Below, piece by piece: positions 45,936-59,487 of a stretch of DNA of 64,000 nt. Position 1 is the stretch's first letter. Every line of letters starts with the position of its first letter. The DNA is from Eledone cirrhosa. Its lineage: Eukaryota. The stretch covers positions 342,302,001 through 342,366,000 of the forward strand of contig OZ024743.1 in assembly GCA_964016885.1 (NCBI GenBank). Direction: 5' to 3'. Position numbers and translations under genes: made by a program. The notes beneath the pieces are model-generated. The model did no database searches and was not told where the DNA came from. It saw only the letters and a list, made by a program, of their open reading frames with translations.

Positions 45936-46400
45936 ATACATACATATATAAATTACTAATCCTAATACTATATGGAAGATATATATATTCTCAATAATTC
46001 CATAAATAATTTTACATGCTAAAGAAAGGATATTCTATTTTCTGCCTTGAGTAATTTTCCCTTAGATTGTTATTTTGTGTTATGCAAATAACCTTTAGCG
46101 AAAAATATTCTTGATCCTTTTTCAATATATAGAATATAATTTTTGATCGGAGCATATGTGCATAGTTGGCCTCTGCTTCCAATATATAACAAATACTTTA
46201 CTCAGATTACCATTGTTATTTATTAGAGAATATGTACATAATATGACCGAGTGGTTAAGAGGTGTGCCTCGCAGTCAGTATGTCCCGGGTCTTATCCCGA
46301 TGCGTAGTATATTGGCCAAGGGGGATTTACCATATGACTGCTCCCTCGAGCAGTATTCTCTTGTCAGAGAGGGATAATCTCGTCTAATGAACAATAATAA

Positions 46401-46578
46401 TTGTTTCTACTTTTGGTACAAGGCCAGCAATTACCCTAGTGCATTACTGGTACTTTATTTCATTGACCCCGTGAGAATGAAAGGCAAACTTAATCTCAGC
46501 GGGATTTGGACCCAGACCCCAAAGGGCCGTAATTCTGTGCTGCAAAGCATGACGTCCGACTGTCTACCGATATTGCAA
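46401..46578 (-). mobile_element. SINE inside a larger repeat shared with 33133-33381
   Basis: SINE match; both flanks are homologous to those of the 33180 copy. Confidence 0.8.
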
Positions 46579-47155
46579 TAACAATATGCGAAAGCTTGAT
46601 TTGATGGCAATACGTTCGAAACAACTACGTGATACTATAGTTTCGAGTCGAACTATACCTTGTGAGAAGACTTCAGCAGATTAAAGCTGTTTGGGAGATC
46701 GGCAGGTTAATTGTATCTATAATTCAAAGGGACAGATAGCCTTGTGTTGCGCTTAATTTCTTGGTCATATGTTAATTGATGAGGAAGCAGTTCGAATAAT
46801 CAAACAACTGGAACACTCTTTGTCGAAACCGTATTATACAGTGGCTTTATCAGCACCAACGTAGTGTGTCATTTTATAATTAGATTTTCACGTTACTTGT
46901 TATTACCTTTTAAATTTTTGTGACAATTTCTGCTGTTGTTTTTCAATTCTCGTCGCAGCTTCATTACTTCCGTACAAAAAAAAATAAAACAAATCTATTT
47001 TTCATTATTTTCATAATTTGTAGCTACTAGTATCAGTGTCCAATTAATATTTGCTAGATAATTCTATAATTTAACAGTAGATTAAGGTTACTATCTAGTC
47101 AATGGATTCTAGTTGCATAAAGCCCCGTTCTCCCTCTATTCATTGTAAATATAAT

Positions 47156-47342
47156 TGTTTCTACTTTTGGCAACAGGCCAGCAATTATCCCCGTGCATTA
47201 CTGGTAATTTATTTTATCGACCCCGTAAGGATGAAAGGCAAAGTTAAGCTCGGCGGGATTTGAACTCAGATCATAAAGGGAGGTAACTCTATGCTTCAAA
47301 GCATGGCGCCCGACCCTCTACCGATACTGCCAATCCACGGCC
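47156..47342 (-). mobile_element. full-length SINE with 20-bp TSD
   Basis: TSD CTATTCATTGTAAATATAAT at 47136-47155 and 47343-47362. Confidence 0.9.
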
Positions 47343-48038
47343 CTATTCATTGTAAATATAATGGCTCTTATCGTCCTTTGTATTTGATATTGTGAATGCA
47401 ATCATTTTTCCCTTTTTATCATGTTTAACTTTGCTAATTCAATTTAACGTCTACTTAGAATGTTACAATCATAGCATCTTACCGGGTCAGTTAGGGTATT
47501 AGATATCTATTACCTTAATTTGGCTTTTAGCTCTGTATTAAATATTAATCTAATTCGTCTGTAATATTCCTCCTTATTCATTTCTTTCAGTTGCGTAGGT
47601 TGCCCTCTGTGTAGTCTATTTATTTCTATGTAAGTTTGTTGTTAATTTAATTTTCTGTCTGTCGATCGAATATTTTATTAGTGTCATTCCTTAATTGTTT
47701 TCTCTTCTTTGATACATTTTTTTGGTCTAAACACAATATAATATCGGGCCCATTATTGAATCAGTTTACTGTTTTTGACAGTGGTTCAAGTTGTTTATCA
47801 TTGTACGATTTTTTCAATTGTTCCTCGACCCACCACTACCTCGCGATTTAAACACGACACTACTATGCACCACTAATTTTTAATATACTTCATTAATCAC
47901 ACTTCTGACAAATAGGAGAAACTAATATAATTATTATTAGCTCTTTAAGAGTTCCAAGAAAAATTTACAATTCCCTATTGTGTGTCTACGTGTAGTTTAA
48001 TGGGATGGGAGATGTTATACGTATAGATAGGTAAGAAG

Positions 48039-48080
<42 letters not shown>

Positions 48081-48398
48081 TAAAACATGTCTAAGAATCA
48101 CCAGATAAAATATATACCGTTTCCTCTCCCAATTAGCATAATTAACCATATAAAAAATCAATTAGACCAAGCTATAAGAATAAATGCTCCTATGAAGAAA
48201 TCTCCGACAAATAACCGAAAGCAGCCCTTTCGCGGCGGCTACGACGGATCATTTATCGAATATTTTCTTATTTTACGTCTTATATATTATTGTTCTGCAT
48301 TATCCTGCATTGAATCACCTAGGTACTATGACATAACCTGTGTATTTGCTGGCATTAGCGTACATCTGTGCGCTTATGTTAGTAGATATATTAAATTA

Positions 48399-48487
<89 letters not shown>

Positions 48488-48490
48488 TTG

Positions 48491-48560
<70 letters not shown>

Positions 48561-48719
48561 CAAAGGGATATTTAATTTGTTGGTAATTCAATAAATATAT
48601 ATATTTATAACAGATTCGAAGCACTCGACAGTTTCTGGAGTATAATATCAATGTTATTAATAAATGGAAACTATATTTATAAAGCCATATTTATTCTATT
48701 ATATATATTTCAAGGGTAC

Positions 48720-49141
48720 TAAAACTTTGGTACGCTCTGATCAGATAAAATACAAAGTTTGTTTTATAAATATTGACATATCCAGGAATGAGTTGTTTGT
48801 TTTGTCCGATTTTACCAATATTTTATTAACTTTTTTTATTTCCGTGATTTTTTCTTTTAGAGTTCTATATATGGGTTTTTCCTAAATTTTATATTTTTAA
48901 GTATACCGAGCATTTCGGTTTCAAAATCCTCCAGGAGTTTGTTGTATGGGGGATTCTTTCTTGATTTAAATAAAGATTCGAAATGATTGCTGTTGGTTTT
49001 TCTTTTAGCATCTTTATTTTCGAAATGAAATGCTCGCCATCTTATGAAAGTGTTTGATTGTTCGATAATTTTCCTCATGTATTCCTCATTAGATGGTATT
49101 GGTATATCGTTGAGGGATGTCGGGAAGGTTAAGAATTCCAT
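48720..49141 (-). pseudogene. Naiad-like ORF N-terminal fragment
   Basis: TSLNDIPIPSNEEY...FIRWRAFHF...FKSRKNPPYNKLLEDFE, then VKSDKT. Confidence 0.85.
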
Positions 49142-49207
49142 AATATATTGAATATGCAATCTATTGTATAGAAAATTATTCTCAAACTGCCTTCATAAAG
49201 CTTGGTC

Positions 49208-51316
49208 TACATTCCAAGCCTCGCAAAAAGTCAGGAAAAAACAGTAAGCAATCAAGCCTGATTTTCGACGTCTATCATCAACTGTTGAACATATAAGTCA
49301 TAACGGTTTATAAAACTTTAATAATTGCTTTATCTTCTAATCATTTATAATGGAATTAATGTTTGAATCAATGACACTTTTTTGAAAACTTGTTTACTTG
49401 ATAGATACGCATGCCCTAGGGTTTTGGGGATATTTTTTTACTTTGATTCAGATCTTTATATTTCTGTCTATGTTAAATATATAGTTTAGATATCTAACAT
49501 GTAGATTTACTGATTTTAATTTGAACTATGGATCATTCATGCGTTTACATATTTTATATATATATATTTGTATATTTTACTCATTTTGAGCAGGTTTTTG
49601 GGGACTCAGAAAGTTGGACTTGCGCTTTGCTTTTTTTATGTATATTTAGCAAACCATAATAGCTGACAAATATTGGTTTATTTCTCCACTGAACTGGAGG
49701 TAAAACTACTAACTATGATTATAATAGTTATTTTTTATTAAATGTATACCGCTTCATTAATACCTAGTATATCTATATATAGTTTGTACAAATATCTAGT
49801 ATAATAACATAATCGTAGTTACATTTATATAAAACTACTAACAAACTTTATAATTGTTATTCTTTATTAAATGTATACCGTTTCATTAATACCTAGTATA
49901 TCTATATATAGTTTGTACAAATATCTGTATCTAGTATAATAACATAATCGTTGTTACATTTGTACAAAACTAATAACAATGATTGTAATTATTATTCTTT
50001 ATTAAATGTATACTGTTTCATTAACACCTAGTATAATTATATATAGTTTGTACAAATATCTTTATCTAGAGTAATAGCATAATCGTAGTTACATTTATAT
50101 AAATATTTTAAACACTCAAATGACATTATTATAAATGTTTGGTATTCCCTGGAAGGTCGAACTTATATAATCATTTACTTAATACAATATATGAACAAAT
50201 AATTGTTTCTACTTTTGGCACAAGACCAGCAATTACCCAGTACATTACTGGTACTTTATTTTATCGACCCCGTAAGGATGAAAGGCAAAGTTAACCTTAT
50301 ATGAACAAATAATAAATTGTAGTCTTGGTATATTATGATCAATACACACATATATGTATGGCTGAAAACTCTGACTACTTTAAGTTTAATTATAAGACCT
50401 GTTAATACTTTAGGCACTCTAACTATTTAACAATAAATTCCTTAATATTTATAACTGTAAATATCTCATAAATTATATTATAGAAACTGTTGTCAATATT
50501 ATAAGTAATTTTTGTTGTCAATATTATAAGTAATTTTTTGGTAAAGATTACCTTTGTGGGGATATCGAACATTACATGTATACTTTTCTTACTTTCGCGG
50601 GTTTTGTAAATGCTTTAAATTTGTCTTCATAAAATTTGAATTTTAGAAATTTAACATAATTATATTATAATATAATACAAATACCCATCAACTTTTAAAA
50701 CCTATAATTTGATTATTTACCCTGAAATAACATAAATTAAATATTTTGAAAATTAACCGCCAACCCTATACGAATATGTGTAGGTAGTAACTTGAGCATA
50801 AATTACTCCCCTTTGTCTCTCTCTCTCTTAATTTATATTTCATTTGTCTTCTTAAGCTAAATACTAAATAAGTTATAACTTCAGCTACGTCTTCCTATAT
50901 GCTTTCCTCTCCCGTAGTAGTTTTTTCTATAACTGTTACATTGATACCATGTATTTCTTAAAATATATTACTCAGACTCTCTCTATTGATTCTATTACGT
51001 TTTCTCATGTTCTCAATATTAGGGTATAAATATTGAGTTTTCTCATAAGTTAATCACTACCTTGATTAAATCTTAACCATCTACCATGACAGGGTATGTC
51101 ATGTATCATTTTATTTTATCTGATGAGGACGTACTGTTGAACTTAATTCAGTACCTCTGAAATATGCATAATAAAGTTTAATTGATCACAAGAATATCTG
51201 TTTTGTTAATATTTGTAATTAATATTAATAACACTGGAAACAACTTTTAACTGTAGAGTACTTCCAATCTATTGTAAAACTCATTCTTTGATGTACTCAT
51301 TGAATCTTGTTTAACT

Positions 51317-51320
<4 letters not shown>
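49208..51320 (+). mobile_element. family-F Naiad-like 3' UTR/pLTR, second copy, with a ~130-bp unit in three tandem copies (49730-50100)
   Basis: Reverse complement of 25741-28180; HHR at 51114-51176. Confidence 0.8.
50204..50297 (-). mobile_element. 5'-truncated SINE with 16-bp TSD
   Basis: TSD TATATGAACAAATAAT at 50188-50203 and 50298-50313. Confidence 0.88.
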
Positions 51321-51370
<50 letters not shown>

Positions 51371-51512
51371 AAATAATTAAGTCAAATATTTAAAATTTGG
51401 CTTCGTTTATTATAAATTATAGATATACTGCAATATATATTTCGGTGACAGCGTACTTCGTCGATTGCTCCAATCTGCATAATAAGATGTCGGTAAACAA
51501 CCACCATATACT

Positions 51513-51576
<64 letters not shown>

Positions 51577-51748
51577 GATAACAAGTTATCGTTATAGGTA
51601 ATCCAGTTAGAGGTTGTGAGTACTGTGTATTGTGGATAGTTTTAACGTACCGCGTTGTTTGACTCAACAAGATGTTTCCATAGTTAGGTAGCGAGTTCGC
51701 GAGAATTCCTATGCAGGTTATACTTGGAGTAATATTACTGAAAAAATG

Positions 51749-53218
51749 AAGAATAACATGGTCGGTTGTACAACAAGGGCTTTATTTCAAGTATTAGCAA
51801 TTGTTTCATTGATCAGGTGAGGCTAAAGGCTGCTAATCACTGGAAGTTGCGTCACTCGACCTCAAATACTGTGTTTACCTCTGATCCAATCCTCAGAATA
51901 TTAGAGAACTCACATATGGCAATAGATTATACAGCGTAGAATCAAAACAATAACATCAATAATAAAATATAATGATAAAGAGGTAAAGAAGTTACAGATG
52001 TAAAATGTAAAAAAATAAGTAAAAAATATATAAGTACAGAATACGATAGTTGATAATAGTGGTAGTGGTGGTAAGTGTATGTATAAAGCTGTGATGGTGC
52101 AGGTAATACTAACATGAAGAGCAACATTAGATATATACATACATACATACATACGTGGTGGTCAAAGGGTTAGAAGTAGCGAATAGGAGGTAGTAACAAA
52201 TGATAGATAAAAGATAAAAAAACAATAAATTAAAAGTTAAGTGAAAGATACGAGGATGAGACATAAAGGATAGTGCTAAGGACGGTGGAGGCGGATTTTG
52301 ATATGTGGGTGTGGTAAATGTTTAGCGTGCTGATTGTCTTATCTTAATGGGGTTGATGTGCCTTGGGGGAGAGAGAGTGAAAGAAAGATTAGGAAATCAG
52401 CAAAATAGAAAGATCGATTTTCTGTAGGCACAAAGCAGCTACCAAGTTCACAAATTTCAAACCAACATGATTCGACCTAGCAATATCAAAATTCGAGCTG
52501 AACCACTAGCATTTTAATGTACGGAATACATACCACCACACTGTTATTAGCTGTCAACTAACCGACTGGTCACTAGACAATAAATTTCCTAATCTCTCTT
52601 TCACTCTCTCTCCCTGGAGACACATCAACCCCATTAAGATAAGACAATCAGCACGCTAAACATTTACCACACACACATATCAAAATCCCCCTCCCCTGTC
52701 CTTAGCACTATCCCTTATGTCTCATCCTCGTATCTCTCACTTAATTTTTAATTTATTGTGTTTTATCTTTTATCTGTCATTTGTTACTCCTTCTTATTAT
52801 CTACTTATAACCCTTTGACCACCACGTATATATGTATATATCTAATGTTGCTTTTCCTGTTAGTATTACCTCCACCCTCACATCTTTATACATACACTTA
52901 CTTACCACCACCACTACTATTATCAACTATCCTATTACTTATTTTTTTACGTTTTTACATCTGTAACTACTTTACCTCTTTATCATTATATTTTATTATT
53001 GATGTTAGTGTTTTGATTCTACGCTGTATAATCTATTGCCATATGTGAGTTCTCTAATATTCTGAGAATTTGATCAGAGGTAAACACAGTATTTGAAGTC
53101 GAGTGACACAACTACAAGTGATTAGCGGCCTTTAGACTCACCTGATCAATGAAACAATTGTTAATACTTGAAATAAAGCCCTTGTTGTACAACCGACCAT
53201 GTTATTCTTTATTCTTTC
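51749..53218 (+). mobile_element. Naiad-like 3' terminus with inverted pLTR (arms ~51749-52397 and ~52584-53209)
   Basis: The arms are reverse complements; the centre 52402-52470 encodes KIERSIFCRHKAATKFTNFKPT* (Naiad C-terminal CRH). Confidence 0.8.
53058..53166 (+). ncRNA. long-stem-II type I hammerhead; mirror 51792-51900(-)
   Basis: tatt CTGAG(A/G)A tttgatcag...ctgatcaat GAAA caattg T(T) aata. Each copy has one different core mutation. Confidence 0.7.
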
Positions 53219-53293
53219 AATATATATATATATAAACGTGTGTGTGTATTCATGTGTTAGTACATAAATATATATATGTGTGTGTATGTGTGA

Positions 53294-53329
<36 letters not shown>

Positions 53330-53385
53330 GCGTGTGTGCATGTGTTAGTATATAAATATATATAAATATGTGTGTGTATGTGTGA

Positions 53386-53421
<36 letters not shown>

Positions 53422-53472
53422 TAAAACATGTCTATAGTATTTATCTATAGTATACATACATACATGCACACG

Positions 53473-53554
<82 letters not shown>

Positions 53555-53597
53555 GTATGCATATATATGTTTTGTGTGTGTATATGTGTGTGTGTGT

Positions 53598-53672
<75 letters not shown>

Positions 53673-53689
53673 ATGTATGTATGTATACT

Positions 53690-53732
<43 letters not shown>

Positions 53733-56700
53733 TGTTTCTTTTATTTGCCACTAGGGCATCAAAAGTGGGACAAGTACAAAGGGGGGAGTTTACACAAAAA
53801 GGCGTCCTCAATAAGGAGGAGGCAATAACAAAATATAAAAATAAAATAAGATATAACAAAAAATAAAATTTTTAACAAAATCCTCAATAGAGAGGAGGCG
53901 CCTTGGGGGGTCGCACACACCCCCGAAAAAAGTGTGCAACCCTTCTCCTCAGGAGCACAGAGAAGGGGTGCTCCCTTGGTCTTTCATCTTCCTCACCTAT
54001 AGTCTGATGTAGAGTGAAGGCCCATTCACACGGGCCATTCTCGCCACTTTCACCCATCTTTCATAGAAACGGCTGGGGTGCAGCACCTCTCTCTCCATCC
54101 TGATCCTTCTTCCGAAATGATATCGGAAGAAACGGACCAGTTGTTGGCCAGAGAGAAAGGTGCCTGACCTCAGTCCTTTCAGACGCGTCCACCATACAAC
54201 CTCTTTCGCCATGGCTATTACGCACAGAAACACCGCCTCTGCTTCATCTTTGAAGGGGGGAGGCGGCTTGATCATTACAATAGACTCGGTGGTCAACCGG
54301 ATCGGTCCCACCCTTGACAGCAGTTGTTCGACATAGCCCCACAGATCGGCTACGCCCGAGCAGTGTACCAATGCGTGTGCAACGGTTTCCTCGTCGCACA
54401 CGCATCTGGGACAGATCTTTTTGGCGGGGTCCCTACCCGGGCGCCCGTGTCTGTAGAGCCTTTCTCGAACGGGTAAAGCCCCTCGGTAGCACTGCCAGGC
54501 CAGGGACTTCTGGAAGTTGTCCATAGGTCCTGGGCTGAATGTCCTACCGAACAGGCTGGCCAGTTCGTCCTCCTCCATGTCTAGGGCTTCTCCGAGGGCG
54601 TCGTCGCACCTGCTGCGTACCAGCCCTCTATAGAATGTTGCGGTGGAGTCTCCACTGATAACCGGATCCGCCTGCCAGAGGGCGGTGAGCGCCTGGGCAC
54701 ACTCAGTGTGCCAGGCGCCCAGTTTTCTCGGTCTTTGCTTGACCCAGGATTGCAGCTCGGTGAGTGAGACGAGTCTGGGAAAGGTTCGTCTCACAAACGA
54801 GGCCCACACCGGTTGTCCGGTGAGGAATACGTAGAGGTGCCGTAGCCTTAATGCGTGTTTACGCATCATTAGCCACGGCATCCCCAGCCCTCCTTTCGAA
54901 GGGTGTTGACAGCAGATGGATCTCCTCACCATAGGAGCCCGCCTCTTCCAAAGGAATTGGAAGAGCGCGCGCTCCATCTTGGTGAGGGTTTCCCTTGGGC
55001 AGGGCACTACGGTCAGGCGGTAGTAGATGACGGACGCTATGTAGGTGTTCGCCACTTCCGCCCGACCTTTCAGGGATAGTTTGCAACTGGCCCACTTCTG
55101 GGTCAGTGCAAACACCCTGTTCGTAACCTCCGCCCAGTTTTTCTCCACCTGGAGGTCCGGTCCGAACCAGACCCCGAGCAACTTCACCGGGCCCTCCGTC
55201 CAGCGTCCGACGACGCTATCGGAGGGCATCGGTCTGCCCCTCCACGTGCCGAGTTGCAAACCGATCGACTTGTCCCGGTTCAGCTTAGCCCCTGTGAACC
55301 TTTCGTACTCCTCCAGTAAGGTGCCGACCGCCTCGATTTCGGAGGCCGTCGACACCATTACTGTCACGTCATCGGCGTAGGCCGACACCGCTTTCCGCAA
55401 TCCCGGTTCCAAGGGGATGCCCTGCAACAACTCCAACTTCCGCAGTAGTGGCTCGAGAGTCAACACATACAGAAGGGAGGAGAGAGGGCACCCTTGTCGG
55501 ATGGACCGCGCGATTTGGAACGGCTCCGAGAGGTAGCCGTTCACCTTGACCCTAGAGCAGATGCGGCTGCTGTGCATAGCAGTGATCCAGCCCCTGAAAA
55601 CGGGTCCGAAGCCTGCCGCCGCTAGCACCGCATCCAGGTAACCATGGTCGACCCTATCGAACGCCTTAGATTGATCCAAGTTGATCAGAGCCCCACCAAA
55701 GCCGGGTTCGTTCCCAACCCTCTCTATGATGTATCGCATGAGGTGGAGGTTGTCATGGATGGACCTGGACGGGATAGCGCATGTCTGCGCATCTCCCACC
55801 AGGTTGCCCACGACAAGCGCCAACCTCTTTGCTAGCACCTTGGCCAAAATCTGTAACTCTGTATTTAGCAGTGTTATGGGCCTGAAGTTACTTATTTCGT
55901 CCCCCTTGTTCTCGTCCTTCCTCACTAGCGTGACTACGCCCTTGGTCACAGTACAGGGAATTCTCCCGTTCTGTTGCCAGTTGCAGTAGACCGCCTCGAG
56001 GAGATCGGGGAACAAGTCCGGCATAGCTAGATATAATTCGTAAGGAAGACCATCGAGACCCGGGGATTTGCGTTTGCCGCATTGGCTCAGCACGTCCTCT
56101 ATCTCAGCGGCCGAAATCGGCTCCTCGCAGGACTTCGCCTCCCTGTCCGAGAGGCGCGGCAGGCCGTCGAGGTATGGACCGAAGTCCACGTTCCCAACCG
56201 GCTCCCCGCCCCTCCCGAACAGTCGGGCAAAGTGCCTTTGAAAGGCCTCACACATCTGCTTAGGCTCAAGAATCGCCCGTCCATCCAGGTCTCGCAAAGA
56301 CCGGATGGTGGATTTAGTTCCACTGTTGGCCTCTGTCACGCGGGCCCAGCTAACAGCTTTGGTCCCCTCGTTCCCTAGAGCACGTATTTTACTTCGGACA
56401 ACGCAGCCTTCGTGCTTCGCGTCGAAAAACTGGCTCAAAGCCGTTCTCGACGCTAGCACTCTGGCCACGTCGCCGCTTCTAATTGCCTCTTCTACTCTAT
56501 CTATTAGCTCCCTTTCCTTCCTATTCCTATCCGCAGCTAGAACCTTACTAAATTCTATCGAGACTACTCTAATCTCTCTCTTTAGAGATACCCACCACCT
56601 GCTGTTGACGATCGCTCCAGTCAACCGTTCCTTAACTAACGTACTAATCCGATTCCTGTAGGCTCTACTTGCCGGCAAGGACAAGTTGAGCTTCCAGTAA

Positions 56701-57938
56701 CCGGGGCCCTGTCTATGAGTTCTGTCAAGGTTGACCATGCAGGTCACTAATTTGTGGTCTGAATAGCCAACCATGCGCATTTTTGGACAACTTAAAAAGT
56801 CCTTATCCTTAATTCTAACTAAGAACCTATCTAGGTACGACCTAGATGAGCCGCTACGATTTGCCCAAGTCCAGGTTGGCGCAGTCGGAAAATCTAGTCG
56901 ATATCTATCGGCCAGGTCAAATCGACCGATTAACCCTTTGAGGCTATTACACCCCTCTCTATCGGGGCAGGCCCCTACGTAGTCCCAGCGTGCATCTAGG
57001 ATACTATTCCAGTCCCCCACTAATAGCAAGGAGCGGGACGTCCCCAGAAAAGTCTCCAGACGATGGAAGAAGTCCGGCCGCATTGACCCGAAAGGGCCGT
57101 AGGCGGCTACCAACCTAAACGCTCCGCCTTTACCACTGCCAAGGTCCAGAACCACTAGTCGACCCTCCGGGTCCAAATGTACCATCTGTGTTGCGAGACC
57201 CAGATGTTTTTGCAGCAGAACGACAACTCCACCCCCACCTCCGGGCTGACAGAGAGATGCGTGCATCTCAAAGTCATCAAAGGTGGGGGCCAGCTGTCGC
57301 ACGTTGCTGATCCGGGCCTCGCAAATAACCATCACATCTATACGTTGTGACCTGAGGTCATTTAGAAGCATTGCTTGCTTCCAAGTTGAGCCCAGGCCAC
57401 GCGCATTTAAACAGCCTACTCTTAGCATAGCCATGTTGGTGGTGAAGAGAAAAGGCACTTACCTCTCTGCGTCCCGGGTATCGGGCTGCACAATTTCCAT
57501 TAGGGTGGGGGATGGGTTGTTGGGTGGGGTGGTGGTTTGTGGAAGTGTGGGGGCATCAGTGTGTTGTGTGGTTGGGGAGCTTGGGGTTGTGTGGGTGTTT
57601 GGGGAGGGGGTGGGATAGTTTTTTAGGAGGACGCGGTTAATGGGCCCGACGCAGGGGGGACCCACGTCCTCTTTAAAATTGTTTTTTAAAGTTTTATAGG
57701 TGTCCTGTGGAGCCTTAATCATTTTGAGGTGGGGGAAATCCCCTGCCTGGGTGAAGTTAGGCCCTTGTGTTTTTATTAGATTGTTGTTGTACACAATGTT
57801 TAACAGTTTTTTGTTTCTTGTATTTATGTATGTGTATGCATGTTTTTGTTTTTGTGTGGTGTTTTTTGTTTGCTGTTGTGAGCTCTTTTGTGTTGGTGTC
57901 AGTGTTATGTTTTGGGGAGGGTTTTTTTTCATTTGTGT
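53733..57938 (-). mobile_element. Tx1/L1-group non-LTR retrotransposon inserted in (GATA)n
   Basis: GC-rich block with an intact ORF2; (TAGA)n at 53689-53732 and 57939-57977; A-rich 3' end with AATAAA on the minus strand. Confidence 0.88.
53997..57434 (-). CDS. LINE ORF2: APE endonuclease, reverse transcriptase, C-terminal zinc finger
   Basis: LNARGL, GDWN, SYLDRF, SDH, GYWKLN, KSPGLDG, FRPITLLN, DQSKAFDRV, RQGCPLS, YADD, CPRC...ETVAHALVHC. Uninterrupted; probable start MAMLRV. Confidence 0.95.
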   Translation of the reverse strand: MAMLRVGCLNARGLGSTWKQAMLLNDLRSQRIDVMVICEARISNVRQLAPTFDDFEMHASLCQPGGGGGVVVLLQKHLGLATQMVHLDPEGRLVVLDLGSGKGGAFRLVAAYGPFGSMRPDFFHRLETFLGTSRSLLLVGDWNSILDARWDYVGACPDREGCNSLKGLIGRFDLADRYRLDFPTAPTWTWANRSGSSRSYLDRFLVRIKDKDFLSCPKMRMVGYSDHKLVTCMVNLDRTHRQGPGYWKLNLSLPASRAYRNRISTLVKERLTGAIVNSRWWVSLKREIRVVSIEFSKVLAADRNRKERELIDRVEEAIRSGDVARVLASRTALSQFFDAKHEGCVVRSKIRALGNEGTKAVSWARVTEANSGTKSTIRSLRDLDGRAILEPKQMCEAFQRHFARLFGRGGEPVGNVDFGPYLDGLPRLSDREAKSCEEPISAAEIEDVLSQCGKRKSPGLDGLPYELYLAMPDLFPDLLEAVYCNWQQNGRIPCTVTKGVVTLVRKDENKGDEISNFRPITLLNTELQILAKVLAKRLALVVGNLVGDAQTCAIPSRSIHDNLHLMRYIIERVGNEPGFGGALINLDQSKAFDRVDHGYLDAVLAAAGFGPVFRGWITAMHSSRICSRVKVNGYLSEPFQIARSIRQGCPLSSLLYVLTLEPLLRKLELLQGIPLEPGLRKAVSAYADDVTVMVSTASEIEAVGTLLEEYERFTGAKLNRDKSIGLQLGTWRGRPMPSDSVVGRWTEGPVKLLGVWFGPDLQVEKNWAEVTNRVFALTQKWASCKLSLKGRAEVANTYIASVIYYRLTVVPCPRETLTKMERALFQFLWKRRAPMVRRSICCQHPSKGGLGMPWLMMRKHALRLRHLYVFLTGQPVWASFVRRTFPRLVSLTELQSWVKQRPRKLGAWHTECAQALTALWQADPVISGDSTATFYRGLVRSRCDDALGEALDMEEDELASLFGRTFSPGPMDNFQKSLAWQCYRGALPVRERLYRHGRPGRDPAKKICPRCVCDEETVAHALVHCSGVADLWGYVEQLLSRVGPIRLTTESIVMIKPPPPFKDEAEAVFLCVIAMAKEVVWWTRLKGLRSGTFLSGQQLVRFFRYHFGRRIRMEREVLHPSRFYERWVKVARMARVNGPSLYIRL

Positions 57939-57979
<41 letters not shown>

Positions 57980-59451
57980 GAGCTATAAGAGCTGTCATTG
58001 CTGGCTTTCTCTGAATAACTACATTTGTAATCTCTTTGCGGATAAGTGTTATCTTTTTAATCTGCATGCTATATATTCGCCAATGAATCTCACTAATTAC
58101 GTAGAAAATAGATTAAAGTTTTTATAGCATCTGTTTTTGATTGATATTTTCCTTCACCCTCACATAACTCACATAACTATGAATAATTAAGATGGGCGTC
58201 AGCTCCTCTGATTCAATTTAACTCCAAAATGTTTTATATCTTTACTGTTGGATTTATCTGCAACTGAAATGACATCGGAATAAAGGAGTTATTGGATAGG
58301 AATGAAAATTAGTAAGGTATATATGGCTGGAAGTGCAATAAGCATTCTGCAGGATTAAAACAGGATATAAAGAGAAATCAAATTACATATTAAAAATGAT
58401 TGATTCTATTTTGCTTTGAATTTCAGCGTGAAAATCCTTTGCTGACGCTATTATGTGTGGTCTCCATAAAAGCAACACCAAGAATAGATAATGCTGCGAG
58501 GAAAATATTGATTTGTGTTTCTCATCATTAATAAAGCATGTGCAAATGAACAAGGTATTGTCAAAAACAGTTTTAAATGTATATGACCTTGAGCATTGAA
58601 GTTAAATAGGTCGAAAACTAATCATTTCGCCATAATTATTGCCTTTCTTATAGATTAAACATTATGAAAGCATGACTGGATGCCAAAGTAGTTCACTTAA
58701 CAAGCAGATAACATTAGGTTCTATATCACTACACGTTATCGTGGGTGAATGTTTCTACCATAGGCTCTAGTTGTCAAACATGAATTTTGCTAAATGGATA
58801 CTGCGTAGAGGCCCATCGTTTATGCATCAATTCCACGCCACATGCCAATCTCACCCCCTTTGTCGATTACGTCGGCTATTTCCACCATCCTCTCTCTTGA
58901 AGTTCACTTTCCCCATTTCTGCCTCGTTAACTTTCTCGACATCCCTGTCATTATCGACCACGCAAACCTATATTTCTTATCTCTTTCTTTGTCTCCCTCA
59001 CTTAATTTCTCTCTCTCCCTCTCCCTATCTCTCTCCCTCTGTCTATCTCTATATCTCTCTCCCTTTCTCTCTCTCTCTCTCTCTCTCTTTTTTTCTTTAA
59101 CTCCTTTCTCCAAAATCTTACTGACTCCTTCTTTTACCTCAATTTCACCTCTTCTCATCCCAACAGCTAGAAATCTCCCACCCGATACTCACAATTACAT
59201 AATCTTTATTGCCTTTGCAGTGAGGACCAGGATTTTGAGATTTAGTCCCACATTCCAGACGTTACAATTGGTGTCCCGTGGCTACCCATATAGAACCATT
59301 CACAACATATTTTTTCGAGACCTCATCGTTGATCACACTTGCGACCTCAAACCTCTTACTCACCCTTCATTTTACAGCTTACCCATACCTCTCATCTTTC
59401 ACCTTATCTCCACATCGTTATATCTACATATACTGTTTTCTTTTTTTACTC

Positions 59452-59487
59452 TGTTTGGATGAAGGATTCAATCCGAAACGTTGGACA
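59452..59487 (+). ncRNA. degenerate minimal hammerhead in an old PLE remnant (~58780-59560)
   Basis: tgttt (g)GATGA a ggat-tca-atcc GAAA cg TT ggaca; core positions 3-4 are damaged. Confidence 0.4.

Noticed and set aside
48615-48720. Minus-strand long-stem hammerhead with TTGAAA core (related sequence at 41025-41146)
   Set aside because: Core position 9 and the stem II closure are broken; too degenerate to call.
54314-57618. Plus-strand ORFs overlapping the LINE
   Set aside because: Antisense shadows of a GC-rich coding region.
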